A stretch of DNA of 62,802 bases, the filler included, from Phoronis australis (lineage: Eukaryota > Animalia > Phoronida): NCBI GenBank assembly GCA_002633005.1. It is 6 parts of 6 records of this genome, joined end to end, with 100 filler letters (N's around TTAATTAATTAA, not from the genome) between each part and the next. Parts side by side here need not be neighbours in the genome. Positions count along the whole stretch, not along the records: positions 55,244 to 62,802 come from NMRA01000256.1; 5 more parts are not named here. One strand, 5' to 3'. Within the stretch, counting starts at the first letter, position 1; the number at the start of each line of letters is the position of its first letter. The notes under the pieces are model-generated. The model was not told the origin of the DNA. It was given only the letters and a program-made list of their open reading frames with translations, and made no database searches. The position numbers were made by a program, and so were the translations under genes. Of this stretch, positions 60,560-62,802 are shown piece by piece.

Positions 60560-62802
60560 ACAGTGTATATAGACTAGAGGTCGGTGTCACCAAGAGATTT
60601 TAATAATAGTTGTAATACGCCACCAGCTCAGAGCGGTTTTAGGAAGTCATACTTACCCCTATATTTTAACATGTGCCTGTTTTCAAAGAATGACAGACAG
60701 ATATGCACATGACTGCATGCTGTACTTTTTATTTGTTCTCTTTGAATATTGGTAAATGATCTAACTCTCAGTAGATTTTTATTATTTTTATAAACCTGAA
60801 AAGTCATTGAAATGTAGTGTACGTACCTTCAACCTCTGTGCTATAAAGTATTGCCCACAAGAATTTTTACATATAGCTGCTGTTCTCATGAACAATACTG
60901 ATATTTCCAAAATGAATACAGTCTGACAAAAAAAGCAGTGGACATTATCAAATTTGTGGACAATAAAATGCCACACAGGACTTGGCTAGTACTGAAAATC
61001 CTCTAGAAGACACGTCATGTGACAACTGATGTTGCAGAGGCAGGTTCTCTATCTCTCAAGACAACTTCAATTTGCAACAAACCAACAAGTAGAGGCAGCA
61101 CAAAACTTGAGACCATCCCATACATTTGTAACTTAGTCAAAATTTGATTTTGATTGACTGCGTAGTGTACGTACCCCCCAACCTGTACCATTTTTTACTG
61201 TTTACAAGTGGAACACTGGGCCTAGCATTGCTTTAACTATTTTGACCAACTGGTGAATGTATTGAAAACTAGGCAAATAGCACCAATAAAGTTTTTGAAA
61301 AAGTAGTTACTTGTCATTTTCTTTTTGTAAGAATCTTATTGCAAGAGAAGGAAGTTCTCATTATCCTGTGTTACGGTAGATATGCAATGTATCATCATCT
61401 AGAACAACTTGATTAGTACGGTAATAACTTTTCTTATTTTAGTATGTGATACTTCTTCAATTTAATCAAAAACTTATTAATTTAACAGCTACCTTATGAA
61501 TTTTTGCATGGTAGAAGTAGGTTGTGACCACAAGTTGTGGTGTACGTACCCTTTTATACAACTGCGATGCATTAGGGAGTAAAATTTTATTCAATGGTTC
61601 TTGTGCAAAAATTTTAGATTACAAAACTGAAATGATGGTACTTGAAAATAACTCAGCTTTTACAGTTAAATGACAACCTTCATTTTTCACCAAAAGTAGT
61701 CACCGAATATGGACCTTGATTGTGATTTGGCCGTAGGCTATCATTTGTCGGAAAAACATCTCGAGGGGTCGGTAACAACATTTTTGTATGTTGTATGTTT
61801 ATCTCAAAAAGTGAATCTTACAAAATTTGGTAGAAACATAAGCATTAACATTTCCATGCTGTAAAATGTCAATTTTGGATTTGGATTTGTTGAAGTAAGT
61901 GGATTGGCTAAAAAGTGATAGCAAAAGCACCAGTAGTTTTGGGGGTAACTCAAACCGTCGAATTTGAGGAAATTTGTCTTTTTTTCTCTAAACAGGCACC
62001 AAAGTTGAACATATACCTATTTATCAACTACAATCCAGGTTCTGTAACAAGGAAGTGATTTCTGGGTTTTGCAAAGGCCTGGCAGGTTGTTATTTCTTGA
62101 ATGGGTGGCCCACAAAATGACACATCGTGACAGCCTTGTAAAGGTTAACAATCAAAAGTTGTTTTTGTGATGGAAGGTGGGTTTACAGCTTGCTTAGCAA
62201 ACAAGTTCTGATTTCCCATGATTTATAACTTGCTGTCTTGTTTTCCAAACTTGACATAGATCATACAAACTCTGACACAGCAAGATCCAAACTGTAGTTT
62301 GGTGGAGTCAAGACAGATTGTGGAGAACACTGCTGTCTGCCACACAGGTTGACTCCTGTGGTCTTGAGCCTCAACAAATCCCATTCCATCAAGGGATACA
62401 GTTGAATAACATTACATAATAGAGGCACTACAGTTCATTTATTGCACTGGGCTATCCATAGCTGAGCAAATAAACACAATGACTGTTAATTAGAATTAGT
62501 TGGGCTAAGCTGTGTAGTTCTGGACTTGTTGATGAGTCATGTTTGTATGATGGTGTGTTGAATATCTTGTTAATTTCCTTTTCCAGCCTATTTGCACAGG
62601 CCTTCGGAGGCACAGAACAGTTCTCACTGGGTTTTGCCTAGCAAAACACACATCACTTGATTTGTAACCTTTTCTTCACTCTGTCAAAAACAGGATGCAA
62701 AGAATGGCATGTTTTCAATTATTTCACATAAAAAGCCCAGCAGATGAGCACAGAAACTTTATTCTTTCTTGTATTTTTGACCATTTCATTCCCACTGACA
62801 AC

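Larger units (their letters stand above)
60332..60648. mobile_element. non-coding inverted pLTR element with two hammerhead motifs
   Basis: Arms 60336-60453 and 60502-60614 with a 48-nt spacer. It interrupts one 340-bp repeat unit; flanks ATACGTA / ATACTTA. Confidence 0.8.
59049..61733. mobile_element. 2.7-kb non-autonomous TIR transposon with internal repeats
   Basis: 30-bp TIR CGGC(T/C)AAATCAC(T/A)ATCAAGGTCCATATTCG (59049-59078 / 61704-61733), with TA on the right flank. About ten TGTAGTGTACGTACCCC motifs and a 340-bp internal tandem duplication. Confidence 0.8.

Noticed and set aside
59649-61552. CRISPR-like array of TGTAGTGTACGTACCCC
   Set aside because: Spacing is irregular (about 20 to 500 bp), spacers are partly duplicated, there are no cas genes, and the context is a eukaryotic transposon.
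62200-62802. Coding-like minus-strand stretch at the window end (similar case at 52050-53170)
   Set aside because: Multiple stops and no motif I can recognise; it would need a blastx search.

Overview
Repeat-rich, AT-rich eukaryotic DNA (probably an invertebrate; the taxon cannot be fixed from sequence) from a gapped scaffold. Five 100-nt artificial N44-TTAATTAATTAA-N44 linkers and several single-N joins mean long-range order is uncertain. Host genes: (1) a complete 7-exon minus-strand gene (51200->45435, 990-nt CDS, 329 aa) that I rebuilt by splice phase; it encodes a divergent F-BAR-only protein and needs a GC-AG intron; (2) one isolated exon of the zinc transporter ZIP9/SLC39A9 (30805-30913). 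The dominant mobile system is Penelope-like elements (PLEs), at four loci. One is a head-to-head palindrome of two 5'-truncated RT+GIY-YIG copies (31079-34732). Two are GIY-YIG remnants. One is a ~320-bp non-coding inverted element. Each carries a minimal type I hammerhead-ribozyme motif; the large family has the U3:A8 core variant. Also present are AcademX, RTEX-like and Ingi-like fragments, Helentron-associated (HINE-like) elements, MITEs (a MULE-type with a 9-bp TSD, hAT-like with 5-bp flanks, a 2.7-kb TIR element), tRNA-derived SINE pieces and minisatellites. Paired repeat copies show repeated TA->TACATGTA / TACAGTA / TATA changes, matching Tc1/mariner excision footprints. All family calls come from motif recognition by eye, with no database search.
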